Made by a program: the position numbers and the translations under genes. A model generated the notes under the pieces. The model did not search any database. It had not been told where the DNA came from and saw only the letters and a program-made list of their open reading frames with translations. 64,000 nt of DNA, taken from positions 22,991-86,990 of the forward strand of contig CACZXN010000002.1 of assembly GCA_902785075.1 (NCBI GenBank), read 5' to 3'. This DNA is from an uncultured Bacteroidales bacterium (lineage in GTDB: Bacteria > Bacteroidota > Bacteroidia > Bacteroidales > Bacteroidaceae). Positions 1 through 10,270 of this stretch are shown here, piece by piece. Every line of letters begins with the position of its first letter. Positions within the stretch are counted from its first letter, which is position 1.

Positions 1-1490
1 ATCATTACAATGTAAACTATACCACCACATCTGTTCCAACAACCAACTATGTGTTTGAACCCATGTGGGCAGCAAAGAGCGAAAAACTGCTTCGTAGCGA
101 CAAAAAAGGGTTTGCAACTGCTGCATACGGTATAGATAACAATATGTTAGGACGTATTGCATACGGAATCGACCTATCCGAGAACGACGAACTGAACTTC
201 GACTTCTCTACACGAGGTCACAACAGCGAAACTGATCATATCAGCGGTACAAACAAATGGATGAACCGCTTTTTCACCAGTCATTTCAAGGCGGGCTTTG
301 AGCATCGTTTCGATGCGACTTCATCGCTACTGATTGATGCAAGTTATGGTACTGATGTATTTAACTATCAATCGCCTATAGGCGGATTAGGATATACAGA
401 CAAACAGCATAATGACTTGATGGATGTCGGCATAGAACTCACTCCTTATTCATTTGGTAAGTTTGGATTAGGAGCAAGTGCTGCAATTACGTTGTTCAAC
501 CAAAAATATGTTACTTCATTGGTCGATAAGGCAAAAGAGGTCGCCTTAAGCGGAACACTTACGCCATCATATCAGTTTAACGATGATGTAAGTATAGACC
601 TTGAGGCATGCATCGATTACACTAATTATCCGATGACAGGCTTTGGCAATGGAACAACATTCGATTTCACTCCTCATCTCTATTGGAAAAACGATGTCGT
701 CGATTTAAAAGCTGGAGTATATGTAGATAATGATTTGCATATAGCACCTGATGTAAATGCCACTTTCCACGTGAACCCAAGATTCGACATCTATCTGCAA
801 GCAGAAGGAGGAAGAGTATATAACGATTTCAAAAGTTTTGCCCAAATGACTCCATACTGGTGTCTGGACATTGCTGATGGTGACTTTAACGATCAATTCG
901 ATCAACTGAGAGCACAGGGAGGTATCCGAATGCGACCTATTGACGGTCTCTATGCCGACTTGAGTGCTGGATATGATATTTCAAAAGATAGAGCCGAAAT
1001 AGCAGACTTTCTGATGGATCGTACCACAAATTGTACGTATGCACCTATCATGTTTGCTGACGGAAAGAATTTCTTTGTGAATGCTAATATCAAATACGAC
1101 TATCGAAACCTATTCATGATAGACCTGAACGGCAGATATAATCATTGGTCGACAGATTACAAGCCGACTGGATATATAGGCATCAATACAACGAATTGGG
1201 ACCAGATTCTTTGGAGACCACAACTGGAACTTGATTGCTGCATTAGGGTTCAACCTATTGAACGCCTGACAATTGGAGCAGATTTCCTATTTGAGTCGTT
1301 TCAGAATAAGACCAACCGCTACGAACGTCCAAACACTTTGGACTTAGGAGCGACTATCAGTTATACATTCCCATTCAGACTTACCCTTTATGCCAAAGGT
1401 GACAACTTGCTGAACAAGAAGTACGACCAATATATGATGTACCGCTCACCTGGTATCAATTTCCTGGCAGGAGCAGCGATTACTTTCTAA
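1..1490 (+). CDS. outer-membrane beta-barrel protein, 5'-truncated by window edge
   Basis: The frame of the 51..1490 ORF stays open back to base 3 with no stop, so the true start lies upstream of the window. Strand-like alternating pattern rich in Y/F/D/N/G. C-terminus ...GAAITF ends in Phe, as is typical for OMP barrels. Confidence 0.55.
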   Translation, partial: HYNVNYTTTSVPTTNYVFEPMWAAKSEKLLRSDKKGFATAAYGIDNNMLGRIAYGIDLSENDELNFDFSTRGHNSETDHISGTNKWMNRFFTSHFKAGFEHRFDATSSLLIDASYGTDVFNYQSPIGGLGYTDKQHNDLMDVGIELTPYSFGKFGLGASAAITLFNQKYVTSLVDKAKEVALSGTLTPSYQFNDDVSIDLEACIDYTNYPMTGFGNGTTFDFTPHLYWKNDVVDLKAGVYVDNDLHIAPDVNATFHVNPRFDIYLQAEGGRVYNDFKSFAQMTPYWCLDIADGDFNDQFDQLRAQGGIRMRPIDGLYADLSAGYDISKDRAEIADFLMDRTTNCTYAPIMFADGKNFFVNANIKYDYRNLFMIDLNGRYNHWSTDYKPTGYIGINTTNWDQILWRPQLELDCCIRVQPIERLTIGADFLFESFQNKTNRYERPNTLDLGATISYTFPFRLTLYAKGDNLLNKKYDQYMMYRSPGINFLAGAAITF

Positions 1491-1515
1491 CAAATGTCCT
1501 ATATCAACTATCTAT

Positions 1516-3105
1516 ATGACTCGAAAATTTGATTTTCTCATTATCGGTTCTGGAGTAGCAGGAATGAGTTATGCTCTAAAGGTGGCAAGAGCAAAAAAAG
1601 GAAAAATAGCCATTGTTTGCAAGACAACACTTGAAGAAGCAAATACAGCCAAAGCACAAGGCGGTATTGCGTCTGTGACAAATTTGTTAGTTGACAATTT
1701 TGAGAAGCATATTGAAGACACGATGATTGCTGGTGACTACATCAGCGATCGAGAAGCTGTTGAGCAAGTGGTCAGAAATGCTCCTGCCGGTATTCAAGAA
1801 CTGGTAGAATGGGGCGTGAACTTCGACAAAAAGGAAGACGGAACATTCGACCTACATAAAGAAGGGGGACACTCTGAGTTCCGAATCCTCCATCATGCTG
1901 ACGATACAGGAGCTGAAATACAGCGAGGACTGATGGCCGCTATCCGCAGTAACCCAGACATTGAAATTCTAGAGAACCATTTTGCTGTGGAAATCATAAC
2001 ACAACACCATCTTGGCATAAGGGTCACTCGACGTACTCCTGACATAGAATGCTACGGAGCTTACATATTAAATCCTGAGACAGGAAAAGTGGATACCTAT
2101 TTGTCACGTGTCACTATTATGGCCACAGGAGGTACAGGAGCTATCTATGCAACCACTTCAAACCCGAATATCGCTACAGGAGATGGTATAGCTATGGTAT
2201 ATCGCGCAAAAGGAAAAGTGAAGGATATGGAGTTTGTACAATTCCACCCCACAGTATTATACAACCCAAAGGAGACACATCCTGCGTACCTCATTACAGA
2301 AGCGATGCGTGGTTATGGCGGTATTCTGCGATTGCCAAACGGAAAGGAGTTTATGCAGAAATACGATGAACGACTGAGTTTAGCTCCAAGAGATATTGTT
2401 GCTCGCGCCATCGATAAAGAAATGAAAGTACATGGTCTGGATCATGTATGTTTGGATGTTACTCATAAAGACCCAGAGGAAACAAAACACCATTTCCCAA
2501 ATATCTATGCAAAATGTCTGTCGATTGGAATTGATATTACAAAGGAATACATTCCTGTATGCCCAAGTGCTCATTATATGTGTGGTGGTATCAAAGTAGA
2601 CCTCGACGGACAAACTAGTATTCGCAGATTATATGCTCTCGGAGAATGCTCTTGCACAGGACTACATGGAGGAAACCGTTTAGCAAGCAACTCGCTCATC
2701 GAAGCGGTTGTCTATGCCGACAAGGCAGCAAAACACTCTTTGGAAGTGATTGACAATTATGAATTTAATAATAAGGTGCCTCAATGGAATGATGAAGGCA
2801 CGATGACGAACGAAGAAAAGGTGCTGATTGCTCAAGACGTTAAAGAAGTGGGACAAATCATGTCAACCTATGTCGGAATTGTCCGTAGCGACCTACGCCT
2901 GCATCGAGCATGGGAACGATTGGATTTGCTCTATGAAGAGACAGAACATCTGTTTAAACGAGTGAAGCCAACACGAGACATCTGTGAGTTACGCAACATG
3001 ATTAACGTAGGATATCTCATCACTCGCCAAGCTCTTGAACGTAAAGAAAGTCGTGGATTACACTTTACTGTAGACTACGAGAAACATGCATTAGATAAAA
3101 AATAA
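1516..3105 (+). CDS. nadB: L-aspartate oxidase
   Basis: 529 aa. N-terminal FAD fold DFLIIGSGVAGMSYA. HYMCGGIKVD and GECSCTGLHGGNRLASNSL motifs of the NadB/SdhA flavoprotein family. Length fits NadB. Confidence 0.88.
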   Translation: MTRKFDFLIIGSGVAGMSYALKVARAKKGKIAIVCKTTLEEANTAKAQGGIASVTNLLVDNFEKHIEDTMIAGDYISDREAVEQVVRNAPAGIQELVEWGVNFDKKEDGTFDLHKEGGHSEFRILHHADDTGAEIQRGLMAAIRSNPDIEILENHFAVEIITQHHLGIRVTRRTPDIECYGAYILNPETGKVDTYLSRVTIMATGGTGAIYATTSNPNIATGDGIAMVYRAKGKVKDMEFVQFHPTVLYNPKETHPAYLITEAMRGYGGILRLPNGKEFMQKYDERLSLAPRDIVARAIDKEMKVHGLDHVCLDVTHKDPEETKHHFPNIYAKCLSIGIDITKEYIPVCPSAHYMCGGIKVDLDGQTSIRRLYALGECSCTGLHGGNRLASNSLIEAVVYADKAAKHSLEVIDNYEFNNKVPQWNDEGTMTNEEKVLIAQDVKEVGQIMSTYVGIVRSDLRLHRAWERLDLLYEETEHLFKRVKPTRDICELRNMINVGYLITRQALERKESRGLHFTVDYEKHALDKK

Positions 3106-3124
3106 TAAAAGAACTAATTACACT

Positions 3125-5524
3125 ATGAATTTTCCCATTAAGTATCCAGAAAACAACGGCGGCATGAATGATCGCATCAAGCGTCTTCATGAACAGAGTT
3201 TAAATACTCCTGCTACCCTGACAATTGAACGTGCTTTGATTGAAACGGCATTCTATAAAGAAAACGAAGGTAAAATGCCTATTGCCGTATTACGTGCACG
3301 TAACTTCTATGAAATATGTAAAAAGAAAACCATCTACATTGGTGATGACGAACTGATTGTAGGTGAACGAGGTCCTGTTCCAAAAGCAGTTCCAACATTC
3401 CCCGAGTTGACTTGTCACAGCGTGGAGGACCTACATGTGCTCAATACACGTGAATTACAACCTTATTATATCAGCCAAGAAGACATTGACACCTATGCAC
3501 GAGAGGTCATTCCTTATTGGAAAGGCAAGACTCAACGTGAACGAATCTTCAATCATGTAAGTAAAGAATGGGAAGAAGCTTACCATAATGGTGTCTTTAC
3601 TGAATTTATGGAGCAACGGGCTGCTGGACATACAGCAATGGATGGTAAGATGTACCATCGTGGATTGTTGGATGTAAAGGCTATGATTGCCGATGAAATC
3701 GCAGCTTTGGATTATATTAACGACCCACAAGCAACTGATAAGGAACATGAATTGACAGCAATGTCTATCAGCTGTGATGCAGCTATATTATTTGCCGAAC
3801 GTCATGCCGAATTAGCTGAACAGAAGGCCAAAGAATGTAACAATCCACAACGTAAAGCAGAATTGCTTCAGATAGCTGAGGTGTGTCGCTGGGTCCCAGC
3901 TAATGCTCCTCGAAACTTTTGGGAGGCTATACAGATGTATTGGTTTGTGCACCTTGGAACAGTAACAGAACTGAATGGCTGGGACAGTATGAATCCAGGA
4001 CATATCGACCAACACTTACGCCCATTCTATGAGAAAGGCATTGAGAACGGAACGCTGACACGCGACAAAGCAAAGGAATTGCTGTCATGTCTTTGGATAA
4101 AATTCAATAACCAACCTGCACCTCCGAAAGTTGGAATCACTGCTTTGGAATCAGGAACGTATAACGACTTTACGAATATCAACATCGGTGGTATCGATAA
4201 AGAAGGTAACGATGCATCAAATGAGTTATCGTACATGATTTTGGAAATCCAGGAAGAACTTCACGAACTTCAACCAGGTTTATCCATTCATATAAGCAAA
4301 GTTACAAATGACGATTTCCTGCTAGCAGGTTGTAGAGTTATCCGTGAGGGGAATGGTTATCCTTCAGTATTCAATCCTGATGTTTATGTACAAGAGCTTG
4401 TTCGTCAAGGAAAATCGTTGGAAGATGCACGTGAAGGCGGTTGCTCTGGATGCATTGAAGTAGGTGCTTTTGGCAAAGAAGCCTATCTGCTTACGGGCTA
4501 TCTGAACACTCCAAAGATATTGGAAATAACTCTCCATAATGGTGTAGATCCTAATTCTGGAAAGAAACTCGGATTGGAAACAGGCGACCCTCGAGATTTC
4601 AAATCATATGAGGAACTCTATGATGCATGGAAGAAGCAGATGGTGTACTTCGTCAACATGAAGTTAGCTGTCAATAACTATATAGAACGCATGTTCTCAC
4701 TTTATGCACCAGCAACATTCCTTAGTCTATTTATTGATGATTGTATCAAGAACGGTAAGGATTATTATAGCGGGGGCGCACGCTATAACACCCAGTATAT
4801 ACAATGTACGGGACTAGGTACTATCACTGACAGTCTATCAACCATCAAGAAACATGTGTTTGAAGATAAGCGCTACACAATGGATGAGTTGCTAAAGGCA
4901 GTAGACAAAAACTTCGAAGGGGAGGAGAAGATGCGACTATACATCCGCAACCACACTCCGTTCTTCGGAAATGATGACGATTATGCCGATGAAATCGCTG
5001 TAAAAGTCTATAATGACTTGGTCGGGGCAATTGAAGGACACCCAAACACACGTGGAGGAAAGACTTACCTGAATATGTTGAGTACAACATGCCATAACTA
5101 TTTCGGATCGGTTTGTTGTGCTACTCCAAACGGTCGATTGGCTCATTTCGCAATCAGCGATGGAACGTCTCCATCTCATGGAGGCGATTCGAATGGTCCG
5201 ACTTGTGTTATCAAATCATTAGGCAAGCTTGACCACACTAAGAGTGGAGGAACCTTGTTGAACTTACGTTTTGTACCAAAATTACTACAACGTGACGATG
5301 ATTTGAAGAAATTTGCGTCACTCATCCGAACTTATTTTGCTTATGGAGGTCATCATGTACAGTTCAATATCGTAGATACCCAGACACTATTAGATGCTCA
5401 AGCAAATCCAGACGACTATAAGGATTTGTTGGTACGTATGGCTGGCTATTCTGATTACTTTAACGATATGAACCTGCAACTCCAAAACGAAGTAATTGCT
5501 AGAACAGAAAACGACGAATTATAA
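3125..5524 (+). CDS. glycyl radical enzyme (PFL2/glycerol-dehydratase-like eliminase family), substrate unknown
   Basis: 799 aa. C-terminal glycine-radical motif RMAGYSDYF. Cys-loop GCSGCIEVG (G-C-x-E) typical of GRE eliminases. TAATG overlap with the downstream activase. Confidence 0.88.
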   Translation: MNFPIKYPENNGGMNDRIKRLHEQSLNTPATLTIERALIETAFYKENEGKMPIAVLRARNFYEICKKKTIYIGDDELIVGERGPVPKAVPTFPELTCHSVEDLHVLNTRELQPYYISQEDIDTYAREVIPYWKGKTQRERIFNHVSKEWEEAYHNGVFTEFMEQRAAGHTAMDGKMYHRGLLDVKAMIADEIAALDYINDPQATDKEHELTAMSISCDAAILFAERHAELAEQKAKECNNPQRKAELLQIAEVCRWVPANAPRNFWEAIQMYWFVHLGTVTELNGWDSMNPGHIDQHLRPFYEKGIENGTLTRDKAKELLSCLWIKFNNQPAPPKVGITALESGTYNDFTNINIGGIDKEGNDASNELSYMILEIQEELHELQPGLSIHISKVTNDDFLLAGCRVIREGNGYPSVFNPDVYVQELVRQGKSLEDAREGGCSGCIEVGAFGKEAYLLTGYLNTPKILEITLHNGVDPNSGKKLGLETGDPRDFKSYEELYDAWKKQMVYFVNMKLAVNNYIERMFSLYAPATFLSLFIDDCIKNGKDYYSGGARYNTQYIQCTGLGTITDSLSTIKKHVFEDKRYTMDELLKAVDKNFEGEEKMRLYIRNHTPFFGNDDDYADEIAVKVYNDLVGAIEGHPNTRGGKTYLNMLSTTCHNYFGSVCCATPNGRLAHFAISDGTSPSHGGDSNGPTCVIKSLGKLDHTKSGGTLLNLRFVPKLLQRDDDLKKFASLIRTYFAYGGHHVQFNIVDTQTLLDAQANPDDYKDLLVRMAGYSDYFNDMNLQLQNEVIARTENDEL

Positions 5525-6432
5525 TGGCGTTGATATTCGACATAAAACGATACTCAGTAAATGATGGTCCTGGAATCAGGACCACCATCTTTCTGAAGGG
5601 GTGTCCTCTGAGGTGCGTGTGGTGTCATAATCCTGAAGGGTTAGAGACAAAACCTCAGCGGATGTACACTAAGTCGAAGTGCATAGGATGCAAAAGTTGT
5701 ATTGAAGTTTGTGGACACGATGTCTTGACACTTACACCAGATGGTATAAAAGCTGATGAAAGCAAATGTGTGCTGTGTCAGCAATGTGCTGATGTTTGCC
5801 CATCGCTGGCAATGAAGTTTGGTGGAAAAGATTGGAAGATGGATGAACTGATGGCCGTCATTGAAAAAGAACGTCAAGTAATGGAAGATAGCGGAGGTGG
5901 AGTAACAATTTGTGGCGGTGAACCATTGATGCATCATAAGTACACTCTTGAGATACTCGAAGAATTGAAAAAACACCGATTTCATCGGACTGTTGACACT
6001 ACTTTATTTGCAAATTCAAATATCGTTAAAGAAATTGCAGCTAACTGTGAACTCTTTCTTGTTGATCTCAAGCTGATGGATTCAAAACAACATAGGTTCT
6101 ATACAGGAGTTCCCAACGAAACCATACTTGACAACATCCGCATGATTGCAGAGATGGGATGTGATTTCTTTATTCGGATTCCATTGATTGACGGAGTGAA
6201 TGCTGATGAGAAAAACATCGATGAATCCGCACGTTTTTTAGCTTCAATCCCTTGGAATCGCAAGATAGTGAATCTGTTACCATATCATGATATTGGAAAA
6301 GGTAAACATGAGAAACTAGGTACAACTTACAATCCTGATGCAATCTATATGGCTACACCATCCATAGAAATTCAGAACAGGTGTATTGCCCAATTCGAGA
6401 AATATGGCATCAAAGCAACAATTGGTGGTTAA
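5524..6432 (+). CDS. glycyl-radical enzyme activating protein (radical SAM)
   Basis: CPLRCVWCHNPE (CX3CX2C). Two ferredoxin-like clusters, CIGCKSCIEVC and CVLCQQCADVCP. 302 aa, translationally coupled to the GRE. Confidence 0.9.
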   Translation: MALIFDIKRYSVNDGPGIRTTIFLKGCPLRCVWCHNPEGLETKPQRMYTKSKCIGCKSCIEVCGHDVLTLTPDGIKADESKCVLCQQCADVCPSLAMKFGGKDWKMDELMAVIEKERQVMEDSGGGVTICGGEPLMHHKYTLEILEELKKHRFHRTVDTTLFANSNIVKEIAANCELFLVDLKLMDSKQHRFYTGVPNETILDNIRMIAEMGCDFFIRIPLIDGVNADEKNIDESARFLASIPWNRKIVNLLPYHDIGKGKHEKLGTTYNPDAIYMATPSIEIQNRCIAQFEKYGIKATIGG

Positions 6433-6456
6433 AAAGGTTAGAAGGAACAATATGTT

Positions 6457-7521
6457 ATGAAAGAAAGAAACCATGCATTCGACTTTTTATGCGGAATTTG
6501 TATCATCCGGATGATTCTTTACCATATCACTGGTTTTTGTAATATGTCTGAAGATGAGGGGTGGATGATTATTATGCATTGGACCTTCTTTTTCATGTCA
6601 TTCTTCTTCTTTAAGGCTGGATACTTTAACAAAACTGTAGATGGTAACTCATGGGAGTTTACTAAGAAGAAATTCAAGCAACTGATGATTCCTTATTTTG
6701 TATGGGGCTTTATTGGATGCATAATCTATTTTACTTTTGCTTGGTTTATTCTAGATCCGAGAAACGTAATGGTTAAAGACATAACCATCAAGCACCTTTG
6801 GGAAACAAGCGGTTTTTATGGAAATGGTCCCTGCTGGTTCCTATTTTCTTTTTTTGTGGCATATATAGCAATGCACTTGTTCAGCAAGTGCCCATCTATA
6901 GCTATACCTGTCACCCACAATCGAAGTTTCAGAATCAAGATACATTGGGTTGTTTTTATATTCCCGTTTATTAGCTATCTGCTTTACGAGCAAGGTAATC
7001 CATTGTGGCTTAATTTAAACAATGTTTTCTGGGGCATCTTCCTATTTTTCCTTGGACGAGTTTGGAGGGTTGCAATTGAACGACTACGTCCTCAAAAGAT
7101 GATCATTTTGTCGAGTATGATGATTATCGTATTCATCGTACTCAACATTATCGATTCTAGCAAATATACAATGAGCTCAAACGAATGGGAGGGTAATTTC
7201 CCCATCTTAATTAGTAAACTCATTCTGTCTAGCTGCGGACTATCTGGCTTATTCCTATCATTTTCATTCCCTCGTATACCTATTATTAATTATATCGGCC
7301 AACATTCAATGGTGTTTTTTGTAGCTCATTATCCAATCATTACATTTTATAAAATGTTACGTTCAGCATGTGTCCATTCTCTCAAAGGGAAAATTGACGA
7401 CCTCATCATCATGTCTATACTGACTTTTATCGTTTGTGCATGGTTGGTTCCTTACATTGAACAGATACCTTGGTTAAGTGGTAGATTTAATCAAAAGCAA
7501 TCGAATTCCTTAACAAAATAG
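6457..7521 (+). CDS. acyltransferase family 3 (O-acyltransferase-like) integral membrane protein
   Basis: 354 aa with about 10 hydrophobic helices. N-terminal pattern RNHAFDFLCGICIIRMILYH resembles the acyltransferase_3 family. Confidence 0.6.
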   Translation: MKERNHAFDFLCGICIIRMILYHITGFCNMSEDEGWMIIMHWTFFFMSFFFFKAGYFNKTVDGNSWEFTKKKFKQLMIPYFVWGFIGCIIYFTFAWFILDPRNVMVKDITIKHLWETSGFYGNGPCWFLFSFFVAYIAMHLFSKCPSIAIPVTHNRSFRIKIHWVVFIFPFISYLLYEQGNPLWLNLNNVFWGIFLFFLGRVWRVAIERLRPQKMIILSSMMIIVFIVLNIIDSSKYTMSSNEWEGNFPILISKLILSSCGLSGLFLSFSFPRIPIINYIGQHSMVFFVAHYPIITFYKMLRSACVHSLKGKIDDLIIMSILTFIVCAWLVPYIEQIPWLSGRFNQKQSNSLTK

Positions 7522-7643
7522 CGATTTATCACCCGATGTTACAAATCTGCAAAAAGAATTATCATTATAGCAACGTTTTTCTAAAGAAAAAAGGTTACTT
7601 TGCAAACTGAAATTAATACAAATCAATAATTATCATTTTTAAC

Positions 7644-9062
7644 ATGGAAACAAATCAAACGAATGTAAACAGCTCAAAGGGATTCTTCAAGCTGAATTGG
7701 ATGCAACGCATCGGTTTCGGTTCTGGTGACTTGGCTCAGAACCTCATCTTCCAAACAGTGGCGACCTATTTAATGATATACCTTACAACGGTATTAAAGA
7801 TAAATCTCGCCTTTGTCAGTGGATTGATTCTCACTGTTCGACTTGTCGACTGTTTTTGGAGTCCTATCGTGGGGCGTTATATTGACAACCGCAATCCTAA
7901 ACTAGGCAAGTATCGTGCATACCTTCTTTATGGTGGTATTCCCCTAACAATCGCCGCTTGCCTATTGATGCTTCCTCAGGCAGCTTCATGGTCTATGCCG
8001 ATGAAAATGATCTATGCTGCTGTCAGTTATACCGTGTTGAGCATGATTTATTCAGTCGTAAATATACCTTATGGCTCAATCATGGCTAGTATGACACGTG
8101 ACAATAATGAAGTACTTATCCTTACTTCTACACGTATGGTATGTGCCAATATTGGCCAGATTGTGGTTCAGGCAGGTTTCCCAATTGGACTTGCCATGTG
8201 CGTTCATACTGCTATTGACTGGAATCAGGCAACATTTATGGCTATTGGCACCATCCCCGCTTTTATCATCCTACCATCTCTGCCAATATTAAAAAAATGG
8301 TTAGGCAAAAAAGGGTTATATTATACACTTCTCTCTATTGGCTTAGTAGGATTTGCCGCCTTGTTCGTTATTGGTAAGTTCTTTGATATTGAGAGTTGCA
8401 CTACAATTATTCAGGTTGCAAAAGTGATGACAGGTGTGGGCCTGCTAGTTGGTTCGCTGATGTGGGCACTCGTTCCTGAGGTCATTACTGAAGCCGAATA
8501 TCGTACTGGTAACAGACCCGCAGCTACAGTTAATGCATTGGCTGGTGTTGCTTTTAAGGCAGGATTCTCAATTGCAGGTTGGATTACACCTTTGGTAATG
8601 GGTATGATAGGTTTTAACTTCGTAAATGAAGAGTCAGCCTTGCCAACAGACCCAAGTGCTTGGTTCATGGTAACATGTGTTTTTGCACTTGTTGGTTTTG
8701 TGCTCTTAATGTTCTGCTTTATGGGTAGCAAAGAAAATATCACTACAACACCAGATAAACCTGTCTCATTTGCAGAAATGTGGCAGGAGTTCAAGGTTAA
8801 CAAATGCCTTCAGTTAGTTCTTGGTATCTTTGTTGTCGTGTTCTTGGCATCATTTATCAGTGCACCCGTTAATGCATATTATGTGAAGTTGGCCAATTAT
8901 TCTGAAATAGCACAGAATGCCATTCTTATGTTCACAACCATTATCCCTGGCCTACTTCTCGTCATTGTAGGCTACCTAGTATACAAGTATCCTCTTACAG
9001 ATGAGAAACTTGATGAAATCAACCACGAGATTGAGGCTCGTTCTGCAAAAGAACATGCATAA
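7644..9062 (+). CDS. glycoside-pentoside-hexuronide (GPH):cation symporter, MFS superfamily
   Basis: 472 aa, about 12 TM. N-terminal GFGSGDLAQNLIFQ motif characteristic of GPH/MelB/XynT-type transporters. Sits directly upstream of xylanolytic genes. Confidence 0.8.
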   Translation: METNQTNVNSSKGFFKLNWMQRIGFGSGDLAQNLIFQTVATYLMIYLTTVLKINLAFVSGLILTVRLVDCFWSPIVGRYIDNRNPKLGKYRAYLLYGGIPLTIAACLLMLPQAASWSMPMKMIYAAVSYTVLSMIYSVVNIPYGSIMASMTRDNNEVLILTSTRMVCANIGQIVVQAGFPIGLAMCVHTAIDWNQATFMAIGTIPAFIILPSLPILKKWLGKKGLYYTLLSIGLVGFAALFVIGKFFDIESCTTIIQVAKVMTGVGLLVGSLMWALVPEVITEAEYRTGNRPAATVNALAGVAFKAGFSIAGWITPLVMGMIGFNFVNEESALPTDPSAWFMVTCVFALVGFVLLMFCFMGSKENITTTPDKPVSFAEMWQEFKVNKCLQLVLGIFVVVFLASFISAPVNAYYVKLANYSEIAQNAILMFTTIIPGLLLVIVGYLVYKYPLTDEKLDEINHEIEARSAKEHA

Positions 9063-9136
9063 ATCCATTTAACCATCAATTCCTCTTGTTCCTAAGGGGC
9101 AAGAGGAATTTTATCACTCTCTCAAAATAATATAAA

Positions 9137-10240
9137 ATGAAACAAAACCGTTTATTACTATTTCTACTTTTCTCATTTAGTGTAGTCTCAATCTACGCTC
9201 AAAACACTATGCGTGAGGCATTCAAGGATAAGTTCCTGATTGGAGCCGCTGTCAATATTCGGCAGGTGAAGAGTAAAGATCCAAAGATTCAGAAGGTCAT
9301 CAAGGAGCAGTTTAGTGCATTGGTACCTGAGAATTGCATGAAACCTGAAGAAATACACCCCAAGCAGTATCTGTGGGACTTCAGCGATGCTGATGCTATT
9401 GTAAAGTTAGCTCAGAAAAACAAACAGGCCATCACAGGTCACTGTCTAGTTTGGCATTCCCAAGTTCCTTACTGGTTCTTCAAGGACGATATGGCTCAAC
9501 CAGTCACCAAAGAAGAGTTGATCAATCGTATGCGCGACCATATCCATACCGTGGTAGGTAGATACAAGGGAAAAATCAAAGGATGGGATGTAGTGAATGA
9601 AGCCATCCTTGACAACGGACAGATGCGCAATACCCAGTTTTATAATACCATCGGACCAGAATACATTCGCCTTGCTTTCCAGTTTGCTCATGAAGCAGAC
9701 CCTAATGCAGAGCTTTATTATAATGACTACAGCATGGATAACCCAGCAAAACGCCAAACAGTCGTTAATATCATTCGTGACTTGAAGGCTCATGGATGTA
9801 GAATTGATGGCGTAGGTATGCAATCTCATGTATCATTCTCTACTAACCTAGCAGAATATGAGAAGAGTATCGAGACCTTTGCAGCTGAGGGTGTTAAGGT
9901 GATGGTGACCGAACTTGATCTTAGTGTCCTTCCTTGGCCAAGTGGGAATTATGGCGCAGCCGTAGAAACAAACTTTGAATATCAGAAATCGATGAATCCA
10001 TACACAGACGGTCTTCCTGCAGACAAGGCTAAGGAGCAGACCGATTTCTTTGTGAAACTATTCAAGATCTATTTAAAGCATGCCGATGTCATCGACCGTG
10101 TCACCTTCTGGGGACTTACAGATGGTGACAGTTGGAAGAACGGATGGCCTATGGCAGGTAGAACAGATTATCCCTTGGCTATCGATCGCAATTACAATCC
10201 CAAACCATTTGTGGAAGAAATCATTAAATTAGCTAAATAA
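9137..10240 (+). CDS. endo-1,4-beta-xylanase, GH10, secreted
   Basis: Signal peptide MKQNRLLLFLLFSFSVVSIYAQ. GH10 catalytic motifs WDVVNEA (acid/base) and VTELDL (nucleophile). Confidence 0.9.
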   Translation: MKQNRLLLFLLFSFSVVSIYAQNTMREAFKDKFLIGAAVNIRQVKSKDPKIQKVIKEQFSALVPENCMKPEEIHPKQYLWDFSDADAIVKLAQKNKQAITGHCLVWHSQVPYWFFKDDMAQPVTKEELINRMRDHIHTVVGRYKGKIKGWDVVNEAILDNGQMRNTQFYNTIGPEYIRLAFQFAHEADPNAELYYNDYSMDNPAKRQTVVNIIRDLKAHGCRIDGVGMQSHVSFSTNLAEYEKSIETFAAEGVKVMVTELDLSVLPWPSGNYGAAVETNFEYQKSMNPYTDGLPADKAKEQTDFFVKLFKIYLKHADVIDRVTFWGLTDGDSWKNGWPMAGRTDYPLAIDRNYNPKPFVEEIIKLAK

Positions 10241-10270
10241 TCAAATCATTACAATTAAACATTAGAAACA

